Shown here piece after piece: positions 1 through 9,197 of a stretch of 58,610 nt of DNA; positions within the stretch are counted from its first letter, which is position 1, and the number at the start of each line of letters is the position of its first letter. The position numbers were made by a program, and so were the translations under genes. The notes under the pieces were generated by a model. That model worked only from the letters and a program-made list of their open reading frames with translations. It was not told the DNA's origin and searched no databases. Where the stretch lies: IMG/VR virus record IMGVR_UViG_3300046007_005839, positions 1 to 58,610 of that record; one strand, given 5' to 3'. The stretch comes from a virus (taxonomy: Duplodnaviria > Caudoviricetes).

Positions 1-2517
1 GTCGGCAGTGTTGTAAGCACGATTCATTGCACGACCAACGGTCTCATAGATTCCGCCACGCCGTGTGATCTGGTCGATCTCGCCTAGGGTTTTGTCGATG
101 CGACCTTTGACTGCCTCGGCTGCTTTGCCAACAGGGCCGCGTTGGTAGCGAATGTTAGCAGCATCAGAAGGTTCACTCTTGGCAGGACCAAGTATTCTAT
201 AACCATCTTCACGATCGTTTAGAACGCCATCAACAATCTCGGCGTTGGGATACTTACGCTGCAATTCCGCTATGTAATCGTGAGGATAAGGTTCAAACGA
301 ATCAACATCATGGATAATTTTAGTAACTTGTTCAGGCTTAAAGCGTCCACGAAGAGCATTGTTATTAGCGTCTATGACACCGCGAGGTGATTCAATCTCC
401 ATTACGAATGCATCAGGCCAAATCTTTCCTTGCGCCATATGACGCAAACCAGTTTGATCATCAGCAGGATCTTGAAAGCTTCTGTAGTATTTATCTTCAC
501 TAGGCAAAAATTCCGGTGCATTTTCAATCCCAGGATATTTAGGATTTGCTTCATCCCAAGCGGTGTATTTTTCAAAGTAAGCATTCATAGCTTTCTTTGA
601 ATTCTCTTCTAAAGCTTTAATGCCTTCTCGATCATATGGATTTTGTTGCTTATAAGCTCTTTCAGCTTCTTGAGCTTGTTGTAGTTGAGCGTCTAACGCA
701 TTTAATTCAGCAGGCTTTTCACGGCGCTGTAGTCTCTCTTCACCCGGCTTCGCCACAGCAACACCCTTCCACGGCACAGCTTCAGTCGTTGCATAATCCA
801 TCCAAGCAAGAGCATCTTCAGGACTCATCTTGCCTGTAGTTATTCTCTTGATGTTTGCTTTGAATGCTGCAAACCACTGACGAAGCTCGCCGCGACTGAC
901 GTTCGGCAGCCTCTCACCAAAAGCCTGAATGAGCCCTTCCTCAAGCGCAATATCCCGAGCCTGCTGCTCAGTTAAACGCCCAGCCCTGACTTCATCTTGA
1001 CGCGCTGCGAGTTCTGATTTAAACGCAGGACTATCAATCGCAGTATCCATCAGCGACCGGCGCATTCCTTTACTAGTCACGCCTCTAAACACGTCATGAC
1101 CGATCTCATGAATAGCCGTATCAGCCGTGGCCATAAATGGATTGATACGAATAACGCGATTGCCTGTCTTCTTATCAACCAGAAACATACCACGCACTTC
1201 CTGACCGTCATCTGCGAAGGCGCGCTCTAGCTCAATCTTTAAGCCGCGACGATTAGCAATCTCATTCGCACGATTGATGTCTTCTTGCGTGATGCTATTC
1301 GATGCTTCTTCACCTGCGCGAGAGAATCGCTTAGAGATTTCATCATAGATCTCTTGCGCAGCTGCAATGTTTTCCTGATTACCAGTTTGCTTAGCCTCGT
1401 TCAACAAATCTTGAGCAGCCTTTGCATCTTCGGTAAGAGTTGAAGCAGCCGGACGATCTTCGGCAGGACCTTCAAGCTGTTTGAAAGCATTCTCCAAAGA
1501 CTCGTCAGCTTTATCTGCGATAAAAGCCTCACGTTGTTCTGGATCATACCCAAGCTGCTTACGACCTTCGTTAGGAAGTTGTCGTTGAGCAGACTCAGCC
1601 TCGATAAAGGGCCGCTCAAGAACACCAGGCTGACGACCAACACCTTCTGGGGAAAGATCAATTTCAACATCAGCAAAAGGTTGATTAAGCAAACGACCAG
1701 ACTCGTCAAACCTTGGAGCATTAAGAGCTCTACGCTGTTGTCCAACCCCAACACTTTCAGGGCTAAGCAATTCAGCCGTTTCAGTAGGTATAGTTTGCTT
1801 TCGCGCACGAGCTTCCGCGAGATCAGGATCGGGAAGACGAGCATTCTCAGGCGTATCCTGAAAGCCCATTGCACGACCCAATCTTGTAGGCTTGTTGAAC
1901 AAAGTTCCAAGAGCCACATCAGCAGCAAATCGAGGCCCAGAGAACTCTCCGCCTTCGCTCATGTTCACGAGCTGCCCAGCGGTTGAACCAGCTACGTTTG
2001 CAGCGACGTTCATAGCAGGCGCAAGGAACTCAGGTCTAGTCAAAGCTTCTCGCATAGTCGCAGCGCCTCCAGCAGTAGGTCTTAGCAAACTGCTCATACC
2101 TTGCAGCGACGGACGAAAAGCTAAAGCTGACGGCGCAAAGCCACCAACGTAAGAAGCAACAGGTTGATCAGTCTGGGCTCGTTGCATTTCTGCAATAGCC
2201 TCAGGAGCATAGTTCTCCAAGACAGCCTCTTGACCTTTACCTGTAAGATAACCTGCGCCGAGACCGCCACCGATTGCACCAAGTCCAACTCCGATAGGTC
2301 CGAATGGCGCGCCGGCCATCATGCCCAGCTTAGCACCACCAAGACCCGCCGCACTAGGCAATATGCTACCCGCAAACGAAGTAAGCCCCGCTCTAAGCGG
2401 CGACATTACTTCTGGCTTTTGTACAGGATTCTCAAAGATATTACCCTGATCATCTACATCGTAGACGGTCGGATCATATCCGTTATTCTTCAACCATTGA
2501 TATTGTGCTTGTGTCAT
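1..2517 (-). CDS. Large internal virion/ejection protein, variant A (truncated by window edge)
   Basis: ATG at 2517 (MTQAQYQWLKNNGYDP...) matches the start of the 1604-aa ORF at 47006-51820. Sampled segments are homologous through to position 1. Presumably absent from the ORF track because it runs off the window. Confidence 0.8.
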   Translation of the reverse strand, partial: MTQAQYQWLKNNGYDPTVYDVDDQGNIFENPVQKPEVMSPLRAGLTSFAGSILPSAAGLGGAKLGMMAGAPFGPIGVGLGAIGGGLGAGYLTGKGQEAVLENYAPEAIAEMQRAQTDQPVASYVGGFAPSALAFRPSLQGMSSLLRPTAGGAATMREALTRPEFLAPAMNVAANVAGSTAGQLVNMSEGGEFSGPRFAADVALGTLFNKPTRLGRAMGFQDTPENARLPDPDLAEARARKQTIPTETAELLSPESVGVGQQRRALNAPRFDESGRLLNQPFADVEIDLSPEGVGRQPGVLERPFIEAESAQRQLPNEGRKQLGYDPEQREAFIADKADESLENAFKQLEGPAEDRPAASTLTEDAKAAQDLLNEAKQTGNQENIAAAQEIYDEISKRFSRAGEEASNSITQEDINRANEIANRRGLKIELERAFADDGQEVRGMFLVDKKTGNRVIRINPFMATADTAIHEIGHDVFRGVTSKGMRRSLMDTAIDSPAFKSELAARQDEVRAGRLTEQQARDIALEEGLIQAFGERLPNVSRGELRQWFAAFKANIKRITTGKMSPEDALAWMDYATTEAVPWKGVAVAKPGEERLQRREKPAELNALDAQLQQAQEAERAYKQQNPYDREGIKALEENSKKAMNAYFEKYTAWDEANPKYPGIENAPEFLPSEDKYYRSFQDPADDQTGLRHMAQGKIWPDAFVMEIESPRGVIDANNNALRGRFKPEQVTKIIHDVDSFEPYPHDYIAELQRKYPNAEIVDGVLNDREDGYRILGPAKSEPSDAANIRYQRGPVGKAAEAVKGRIDKTLGEIDQITRRGGIYETVGRAMNRAYNTAD

Positions 2518-2518
2518 A

Positions 2519-3757
2519 TTAGTAGAACATCGGATCAGAGCCCATGGAAATATCACCGCTCTCACGTGCAGCTTGACGAGCTTTTATACGTTTAAGAACT
2601 TCAGGATCTTGTTGAGCGCCAGAGCTAAACAAAGCTTTATAGATATCAGTTCCAACAGATCGAAGAGGATCAGTCGCAGTTGTCGTAACACCTTTAAGAT
2701 ACTCTCCAGCTGAACGACCAAACCTTGGTAATAACGCAGTGTTAGGAACTTCAGGCGCAGGCGGAGGCGGTTTGACAATAGGTTTACTGGTAATGCGATC
2801 CACTTCTTCATCACCCACAGAACGAGCAGGCGGCTTAGAACCTTCGCCAGTAAGCATGCGGAATCTTGCAGGACGACCGGGCATTGCCTTAGAAAGACCC
2901 ATTATTTCAGGTTGAAACACAGCAAGATCTCCTTCAGGAGTTTGAAACAATCCATCGCCAATAGACTGATAACGAGGTTTTTTTACGGAAGCTTCTGTAG
3001 CAGCCACTCTTCGTTCTTCAAGAGCTAGTTTAGCAGCATCAGCAGCTTCCTTACGAACCATGTCTGCATCTTTAAGCACGGCTTCGTTGCCTTCTCTAGC
3101 AAGCTTAACAGCTTCGTCTTCGTAGCCTTTGATTTCATCTTGAATAGCTTTATCAGCTAAACGTTTCTGCTCTATATCAAACTGTCTAGCAGATTCTTTA
3201 TTGCGCGCAGCAATTTCATAGTCAAGATCTTCTCGTCTATTTTTTCGTTCTTTCTCGCTAGCAGCCTCAGCCTTCCACTCAGCACCTTGAGCCTGCTGAG
3301 CCTCAACGTTCATTCGATTAGCAGGATCTCCAAGGAAACTGCGAAAAAACCCAGCAGGCTTATAAGGCACATTCTCGCCACCGATAGCCTTGCTAGGATC
3401 GTAGGCAGTATTTGCACGCTCCGGAAAAAATCCACTAAGATCAATGCGTGGACCGCCACCTTGAATCATAAAGCGCGGATCAAAACCCGGTTGAGTGATA
3501 GGTTGTTGAGTCTCAACACGAGGCGCATTAGGATCTTCTCCGCTCTCAGCGTCAATGATAGGATTGTATTCCTGAGGCGACGGCAAAGCAGGACCGCCTT
3601 CGATCGGACGAGACGCCAGAGGCGCACCTTTAGCCGCAGTCTTACCGCTAAACAAAGAAGGATCAATCGTCGCACGACGTTGAGGCGCTCTATAAGACGG
3701 TGTCGCATAGCGAGCCTTCGCGATATTCTGCGCGTATTTATTTATCTGAGATGCCAT
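2519..3757 (-). CDS. Putative internal virion (ejection) protein, variant A
   Basis: 412-aa Pro/Ala/Gln-rich protein with a coiled-coil segment, between tail genes and the large ejection protein. Homologue at 51826-53061. Confidence 0.6.
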   Translation of the reverse strand: MASQINKYAQNIAKARYATPSYRAPQRRATIDPSLFSGKTAAKGAPLASRPIEGGPALPSPQEYNPIIDAESGEDPNAPRVETQQPITQPGFDPRFMIQGGGPRIDLSGFFPERANTAYDPSKAIGGENVPYKPAGFFRSFLGDPANRMNVEAQQAQGAEWKAEAASEKERKNRREDLDYEIAARNKESARQFDIEQKRLADKAIQDEIKGYEDEAVKLAREGNEAVLKDADMVRKEAADAAKLALEERRVAATEASVKKPRYQSIGDGLFQTPEGDLAVFQPEIMGLSKAMPGRPARFRMLTGEGSKPPARSVGDEEVDRITSKPIVKPPPPAPEVPNTALLPRFGRSAGEYLKGVTTTATDPLRSVGTDIYKALFSSGAQQDPEVLKRIKARQAARESGDISMGSDPMFY

Positions 3758-3762
3758 AATAT

Positions 3763-4095
3763 TTATTCCACAAAGTTCTCACCAGCACTTGTCACAGTGC
3801 CAGTATGTTTCTGAATGTTTACGAAAATCAAAGGAAGGTTGTCGTTTTGTAGCCAGTGTCTTTCGCCCTTCCGAATGTTATAAACTCGGAAATCAAAGAA
3901 AGGCCACACCTTTGTGATGTGACCTTTATTGATTATTCCTTTTCCGAAGAGCTTAAAGAACTTGCCATCAAAATCGTGATGATGCGGCGGAACGTATGTT
4001 AGCGCGGGTAAATGCCAAAATTCCACGGCCCACTGGCCAACCTTAAGTTGTATGCCTCGGCAGGAACGCCAGCGCGTGCGCCGTAATGTTCCCAC
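3763..4095 (-). CDS. Cupin-like small protein, variant A
   Basis: VPPHHH...FKLFGKG...IRKGERHWLQN resembles the two cupin motifs and is conserved in copy B. The start is uncertain (GTG at 4095 is conserved in both copies). Overlaps the upstream gene. Confidence 0.5.
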   Translation of the reverse strand: MGTLRRTRWRSCRGIQLKVGQWAVEFWHLPALTYVPPHHHDFDGKFFKLFGKGIINKGHITKVWPFFDFRVYNIRKGERHWLQNDNLPLIFVNIQKHTGTVTSAGENFVE

Positions 4096-5306
4096 ACGGC
4101 TAGATAGGTTTTCTGGAGCGGACTGAAGATCCATCCAAATCCTTTGCCGTTGACATACCACTCAGCATGTGAGGTCATCGGTTTGATCAGAAGGGCATTC
4201 ACGATAGCACGCCAGACTTTGGAGGTCTGCATCTTAGGTACAAGGAAACGGCTCATCATGCGATAGCCTTCGCGACGCTGAGGAGTATAGTGCAGATCAC
4301 GCGACACACGCACGCTATCAGGAATGTTGTCCCAGCCGTAGAACGCCTCAGCGAAAGTCCAGCAGCAAGACGGCAACGAACCCATAACCTGCGTAAACTG
4401 ATCGAGACCCGTCTTGCGCTGAGCATTAATCTGATTCTCTTGCTGTCTCATTTGCGAAGCATTGCCGAACAGATTCATGCCCATCGCGTTAGACTCTTGA
4501 CCAACCTCACGCGCAGGTCCAGTACGAGACTCGCCTTGATTAACAGACGGGCGACCAGTCGTGAGCTGGAAGGTATCAATGCGCGATGACAAAGGTTGAA
4601 CAGCCCCAGCCGCAAGCTGAGCCGCATTCGCAATAGCACTCTGTCGCTGCTGCTTACGAGCCTCACCTGCGCCACCAAACGCCATAGCATTCGAGACAGT
4701 CGAAGTCGCCGTGGGAGTAGCGCCAGTGCCGCGCGCATAGTTCTCACGCGCAAGAGACCTATCAATCTCAGCGCGCTCAGCCCCGCTCAGTCCAGCGTTG
4801 GGATCCGTGAGAGAACCCTGAAGCTGTTCAAGATTCTGCAGCGCAAGTTCACGCGCACGATAAGCTTCAGGATCAGCTTCTTTCTGCGTGCGCATTGCCT
4901 CACGGACAAGCTCACGGCCCGTCCCGCTCACGATCCCAAGATCAGTCTCGGCTTGAGCTTGAGCATTCTGCCGGGCAATCTGAGATCCGATGCGCGCAAA
5001 CTCAGGTCCAAACTGCTGATACAGCTGCGCATTCAACGCCTGCTCACGCGGCGAAATCTCTTCGCGCAGCTTCTGCATCTCAGGCTCATACTGCCGAGCC
5101 GCAGCAACCTGCTGCTGAATCATCGGGATAATGTTCTCCCGATAAGCCTTCATGACCTCAGCCATCGACTCTTGTGTTGTCGGTGCCGGTGAACCTCCAT
5201 TAACAAAGAATCCCTTAGGAATCCCGTTGTCAACTTCCAGTCGCGTAGATTCCCAGACCATCGAGTGGCCGAGAACTTTAGAGAGATTAATCTCAAATGT
5301 GTTCAT
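3999..5306 (-). CDS. Putative internal virion/ejection protein with C-terminal CCWTFAEAFYG domain, variant A
   Basis: 435 aa, Gln/Ala-rich helical body. C-terminus resembles CFI-box-CTERM-type modules. Homologue at 53303-54610. Confidence 0.6.
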   Translation of the reverse strand: MNTFEINLSKVLGHSMVWESTRLEVDNGIPKGFFVNGGSPAPTTQESMAEVMKAYRENIIPMIQQQVAAARQYEPEMQKLREEISPREQALNAQLYQQFGPEFARIGSQIARQNAQAQAETDLGIVSGTGRELVREAMRTQKEADPEAYRARELALQNLEQLQGSLTDPNAGLSGAERAEIDRSLARENYARGTGATPTATSTVSNAMAFGGAGEARKQQRQSAIANAAQLAAGAVQPLSSRIDTFQLTTGRPSVNQGESRTGPAREVGQESNAMGMNLFGNASQMRQQENQINAQRKTGLDQFTQVMGSLPSCCWTFAEAFYGWDNIPDSVRVSRDLHYTPQRREGYRMMSRFLVPKMQTSKVWRAIVNALLIKPMTSHAEWYVNGKGFGWIFSPLQKTYLAVWEHYGARAGVPAEAYNLRLASGPWNFGIYPR

Positions 5307-5668
5307 TGTTTGATAAAATCTGAAACTCTGTATTGTACGTTTTGCTTACTCTTGCGCCGCGCCCCACTCACGGTCCAGCCGGGATAAAGCGCCTGCCAAG
5401 CAGACACTGCATTAAACAGACAGCCTCGGTCGCCAAGAATATTTAAGATGTGAATGTTTTTGCGCTCAAGGTCTAACTCGCACCATAGCGCAACCAAAGG
5501 GGTTTCGTTCTCTTTCTCAAGAACAAAGAGTTCAGTGTTTTCGCTCTTGAGAATTCGATCACAATGCATGATTATATCAATGTCAGAAGCCTCTCCGAAC
5601 GTAGCCTCGCGGCCAGGATGCCGCAAGACCCATTCGAAAAGCTTAATCGCATTGATACAAGAACTCAT
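5303..5668 (-). CDS. Hypothetical protein (GNAT-like/tail assembly position), variant A
   Basis: 121 aa, overlapping both neighbours by 4 bp. Conserved in copy B (54607-54972). Confidence 0.6.
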   Translation of the reverse strand: MSSCINAIKLFEWVLRHPGREATFGEASDIDIIMHCDRILKSENTELFVLEKENETPLVALWCELDLERKNIHILNILGDRGCLFNAVSAWQALYPGWTVSGARRKSKQNVQYRVSDFIKQ

Positions 5669-8211
5669 ACTGGTTGAAAATACCTATCCAGAATTGAGCC
5701 AGTTGCGTTCTTGCACACAAACTCTACGCCTAGCTTACTCACAGAAGCTTCCCAATAGGCAGCTTGCGCGGCAGAAGCAAAGCGGGATTGCGCGATCGGA
5801 GGATTATGGACGGTAGTAAGAGCTTTGCCGCCAGCACCACTGATAAGAACGGGAAGCCCATTCCAATCAAGGCGTTCAACCAAAGCACTAGCTCCAGCCA
5901 ACAAGACAGTTGCGCCCCAGTTCTTAAAGGGCACAGCTTGGATAAAGGCCAACGCAGGGTTAAGATTTGTAGCGCTATAGTAGTCATCGCCGCTTGTGAA
6001 AGGAGGCTGATGCACGACAACCCATTTGTGTTTCTTCGTGCTATTCGCCAGCGCATTACGCAGCCATTGGAACTGAATGCTGTCGGCGATAGTCTGAGGC
6101 GGCACAAAAGCATTGTCGATCTCAGTCTGCATCAAAGCCGTGTCGAGGCCCGTGTTGATCAAGAAGATGTCAACATACTCGGTCGTGTGTTGGAAGTAAC
6201 GAAGATGTTGTTGATAGTTAAACAACGGACTTGCGGCCGCCGAGTCATTATCTTCGGTGCCGGGGACAAAGAGAAGCTTGTCTTTGATGCTATCCCAAAA
6301 CGGCGTGATCGTTTGAGCCAACGCGCCAACAGTCCCCGCACCGAATCCACCAAACGGCAATCCATAGTTATGATTGCCCGTGCCGATGACATTGGTTAGA
6401 CCACTCAGCGCCTTGATCTTTGCATTGATTGTCTTCCGTTGCGATACCTCAACGGCAGTAAACGTAGGCGGCGTAACTCCGCCGACGATATCAGGAATGC
6501 CATCGTTGCCAATGATCGCAAAGGTCTCATAAGAGACAGATCCAATCATTCCAAACGGATTAACCTTCGGCCACACGCCGCTTTGAGTAACCTCAGCGCT
6601 GGCCGAGATCAATGCGCCGTCTGTGTCAAACCTAACCATCACGCCCACGCGATCACCTTCGGGCGCCACGTCCATAAAATTGACTTCTGCGGTCGCAAAC
6701 ACGCCTTCAGTCAGCCCGCCATTATAAGGAATGCTGCCTGTGGATTTAGGATTGAATGGCAGCGGATTGATCGTCACGACTTTACGATTGCAGTATTGTC
6801 CGTTGACATACAGCGCCGCTTCTACAGTCCCACCTGCGGCCACACCATTAAAGCCAAGACGCAAAGTCTGCATCTTAACGCTCTTATGATCATCCGCCGG
6901 AACAACCTCAGATCCATACAACGTAACGGTCGCTTTTTGCGCAGAACCAAATAGGCGATAAATCCCGGTCGCCGTCATGAAATAAGTATAACGCGTACCA
7001 TTGTCTAATGTTGACGCGAACTTCAGTATGTTTCCGACGCCGGGATAAATATCAAGAGAGACAAACTTCTGCAACAGCATATCAAACCACAGAATGCCGT
7101 TGCCGTAAGTTGTCACCACAGAGAACAACGCATAGTTGTCGTGAGTGCCCGTGGCTGTGTTTGACTGCGTGACTCCGTCTATGAGAGAATTGATTGGGCC
7201 GCTAAAAGGTGCATTCCGACCCTCATATCGAAACTGCATGATCCCGTTAAAACTCCTAATTCCGGTGTCATGAACAAATGCCACATCCCCTAGCACGTCC
7301 ACAACAGAATCAGGATTTAGCGGCCCAATCGAAGAGATTACTTGATTACGGAAAGTAGGCTCTGCGTAGATAAGACTAGCTTGATCCGGAGATACAAGAT
7401 AGCCAGAGTTCTCAGTGCCTACAAAAAATGCTCCGTCAATGGAGTTAAGAGTCGAGAGCGCCGTGATGTTGTTATAGTCGACGTTAGTCGCCAGCGCCAA
7501 AGCTCCGCCCTCTGATTCAAGCGCAGATGTTTTGTCGCCCGAAGGATCGACGGCGATCACGAAGTTCAAAGGCGACCCAGTTACGGAGCGCACGATCTGA
7601 TTGCGCGTTGGGCGATTAAGCCAGAGAGCTGTGGGCGCAGCCGATGACGTGACGGCGTACAATACCCCGTTATAAAACATGGGATAATTCGCAACGGGGA
7701 CATACTCAGGAGTTTCTTTCGTCCACGTAGTGTATGACCCAACGACACGCGCAGAGCCATCGGGCAAGATAACCCAAGGCTGCAACACGCCATCCATCAC
7801 GATAAGTGCCGACGGGGAAGATCCAGCTGGACCACCAAGCGTAAGGCTGCCGGTCGACGACGTAGCAGAGCGGATAAAGTTTACAGTCGAGCCGGGAATA
7901 AGTGCAGTATAAACACGCGGCTGTAAGGAGTTCATTGTGAAAGTGGGAATCAACAGCCAATTTCCACTTGTGGTTTTATAGTACGCCTTACCGCCCACGA
8001 ACGCGATCAAGAGACCGCCTGCGGCCGTGATGTCTTGAAAGGTCTCGCCGACTGGCAAATCACTCGATACATTGAGCGGCAGATTCACAGCCTCTACGAC
8101 GTTCTTTCGAACGCGCGCATTGATCAGAATCCAATACTCGTTTTCGCCCAGCTTGCTAATGTCAGAAAGCTGATTGATTCCGCCAAGCCAATTAGTTTTT
8201 GTGACTACCAT
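5665..8211 (-). CDS. Tail nozzle/tubular-B-like protein fused to a degenerate metallophosphoesterase domain, variant A
   Basis: N-terminal WLGGIN...LINARVR resembles podovirus nozzle starts and the protein is beta-rich. C-terminal ~290 aa follow the calcineurin-like motif order. Start set at MVVTK by comparison with copy B. Confidence 0.65.
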   Translation of the reverse strand: MVVTKTNWLGGINQLSDISKLGENEYWILINARVRKNVVEAVNLPLNVSSDLPVGETFQDITAAGGLLIAFVGGKAYYKTTSGNWLLIPTFTMNSLQPRVYTALIPGSTVNFIRSATSSTGSLTLGGPAGSSPSALIVMDGVLQPWVILPDGSARVVGSYTTWTKETPEYVPVANYPMFYNGVLYAVTSSAAPTALWLNRPTRNQIVRSVTGSPLNFVIAVDPSGDKTSALESEGGALALATNVDYNNITALSTLNSIDGAFFVGTENSGYLVSPDQASLIYAEPTFRNQVISSIGPLNPDSVVDVLGDVAFVHDTGIRSFNGIMQFRYEGRNAPFSGPINSLIDGVTQSNTATGTHDNYALFSVVTTYGNGILWFDMLLQKFVSLDIYPGVGNILKFASTLDNGTRYTYFMTATGIYRLFGSAQKATVTLYGSEVVPADDHKSVKMQTLRLGFNGVAAGGTVEAALYVNGQYCNRKVVTINPLPFNPKSTGSIPYNGGLTEGVFATAEVNFMDVAPEGDRVGVMVRFDTDGALISASAEVTQSGVWPKVNPFGMIGSVSYETFAIIGNDGIPDIVGGVTPPTFTAVEVSQRKTINAKIKALSGLTNVIGTGNHNYGLPFGGFGAGTVGALAQTITPFWDSIKDKLLFVPGTEDNDSAAASPLFNYQQHLRYFQHTTEYVDIFLINTGLDTALMQTEIDNAFVPPQTIADSIQFQWLRNALANSTKKHKWVVVHQPPFTSGDDYYSATNLNPALAFIQAVPFKNWGATVLLAGASALVERLDWNGLPVLISGAGGKALTTVHNPPIAQSRFASAAQAAYWEASVSKLGVEFVCKNATGSILDRYFQPV

Positions 8212-9194
8212 AGGTTTCGAACTCCTCCTTGCACGAGCGGCCACACTGGGAACATGATCGCAGCATCTTGCGCGGCATGACGCTCAGTCTGCACCATAAG
8301 CTCAGTGCCGCTTTCAAGATTCTCACACACGCCCTTACAGATCTCAGCCATCACTTGCTTGCTTGCCTCAGCGACATCCATCTTTTCTTTTTCGAAAGCA
8401 TAGATGTACTTAACGCCATAGACCAACGCTTGCACGAGACGCTCGTCAGTCCAGATCGAATTAAGGTTGGCAAAGGGCGAGAAGCGTTGCTTATAGAGAA
8501 CCTCTACGCAATCTTCGCCGAGAATAAACGGAGTGCCTGCATTCCAATCAAGGATCTGCACGCGGATGTTTGAGGCGTATAGTTGATTGTTTGCGATGCG
8601 TGCAACTTCAAGCTGAGTCGCAGCCATGCGCACGATCACGTCGCTGTTGGTGTAAGCTGACTTCTTGATCGACGTAATGCCGAACGGGCTTTCTGGCTCG
8701 AACAGATTGACGGAGGTCTTAACGAGATCGCCGGGCGTAAAGGTTATGACTTCGGTTGTGTTCGCCGCGAGAGAAGTCTGGCCGTTGATGATGATGTCAA
8801 ACGGCTGCGTCTCTATCGCATTGATCTGAAAAGTCAAAGGCCCCGCGTTGGTCAGCGGGGTATGTAGCGGCGTGGCTGAGATCTGTCGCCATTGTAGATA
8901 AGGCTGCGTCCAAGGCACACCGTGATAACGCGGCCTCATGTCTCGCGTGGTCACGAGGCGCGACGAATCATGCCAGCGAACGCCTCTTATGGCGCCCACG
9001 TACCACGGAAACGTGATAACGTGTTTGTTATTGTCTACGCAGAAAAACTGCTCAAACACAGAACCGGGCAAATCATATTGGTCATAGATCATTACGGCCG
9101 CGCGGTTTAGCCACGCGAGAACTTGAGCTTCTTTATCGCGAGAGTCTGGAAGAACTCCAATCGTCTCGGAAACTTGTTGGATGAGGGAGTTCAT
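8205..9194 (-). CDS. Putative head-tail adaptor/tubular-A-like protein, variant A
   Basis: 329 aa, directly upstream of the nozzle gene. N-terminal helices LIQQVSETIG...LAWLNRA are typical of adaptors. Confidence 0.55.
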   Translation of the reverse strand: MNSLIQQVSETIGVLPDSRDKEAQVLAWLNRAAVMIYDQYDLPGSVFEQFFCVDNNKHVITFPWYVGAIRGVRWHDSSRLVTTRDMRPRYHGVPWTQPYLQWRQISATPLHTPLTNAGPLTFQINAIETQPFDIIINGQTSLAANTTEVITFTPGDLVKTSVNLFEPESPFGITSIKKSAYTNSDVIVRMAATQLEVARIANNQLYASNIRVQILDWNAGTPFILGEDCVEVLYKQRFSPFANLNSIWTDERLVQALVYGVKYIYAFEKEKMDVAEASKQVMAEICKGVCENLESGTELMVQTERHAAQDAAIMFPVWPLVQGGVRNLW

Positions 9195-9197
9195 AGA

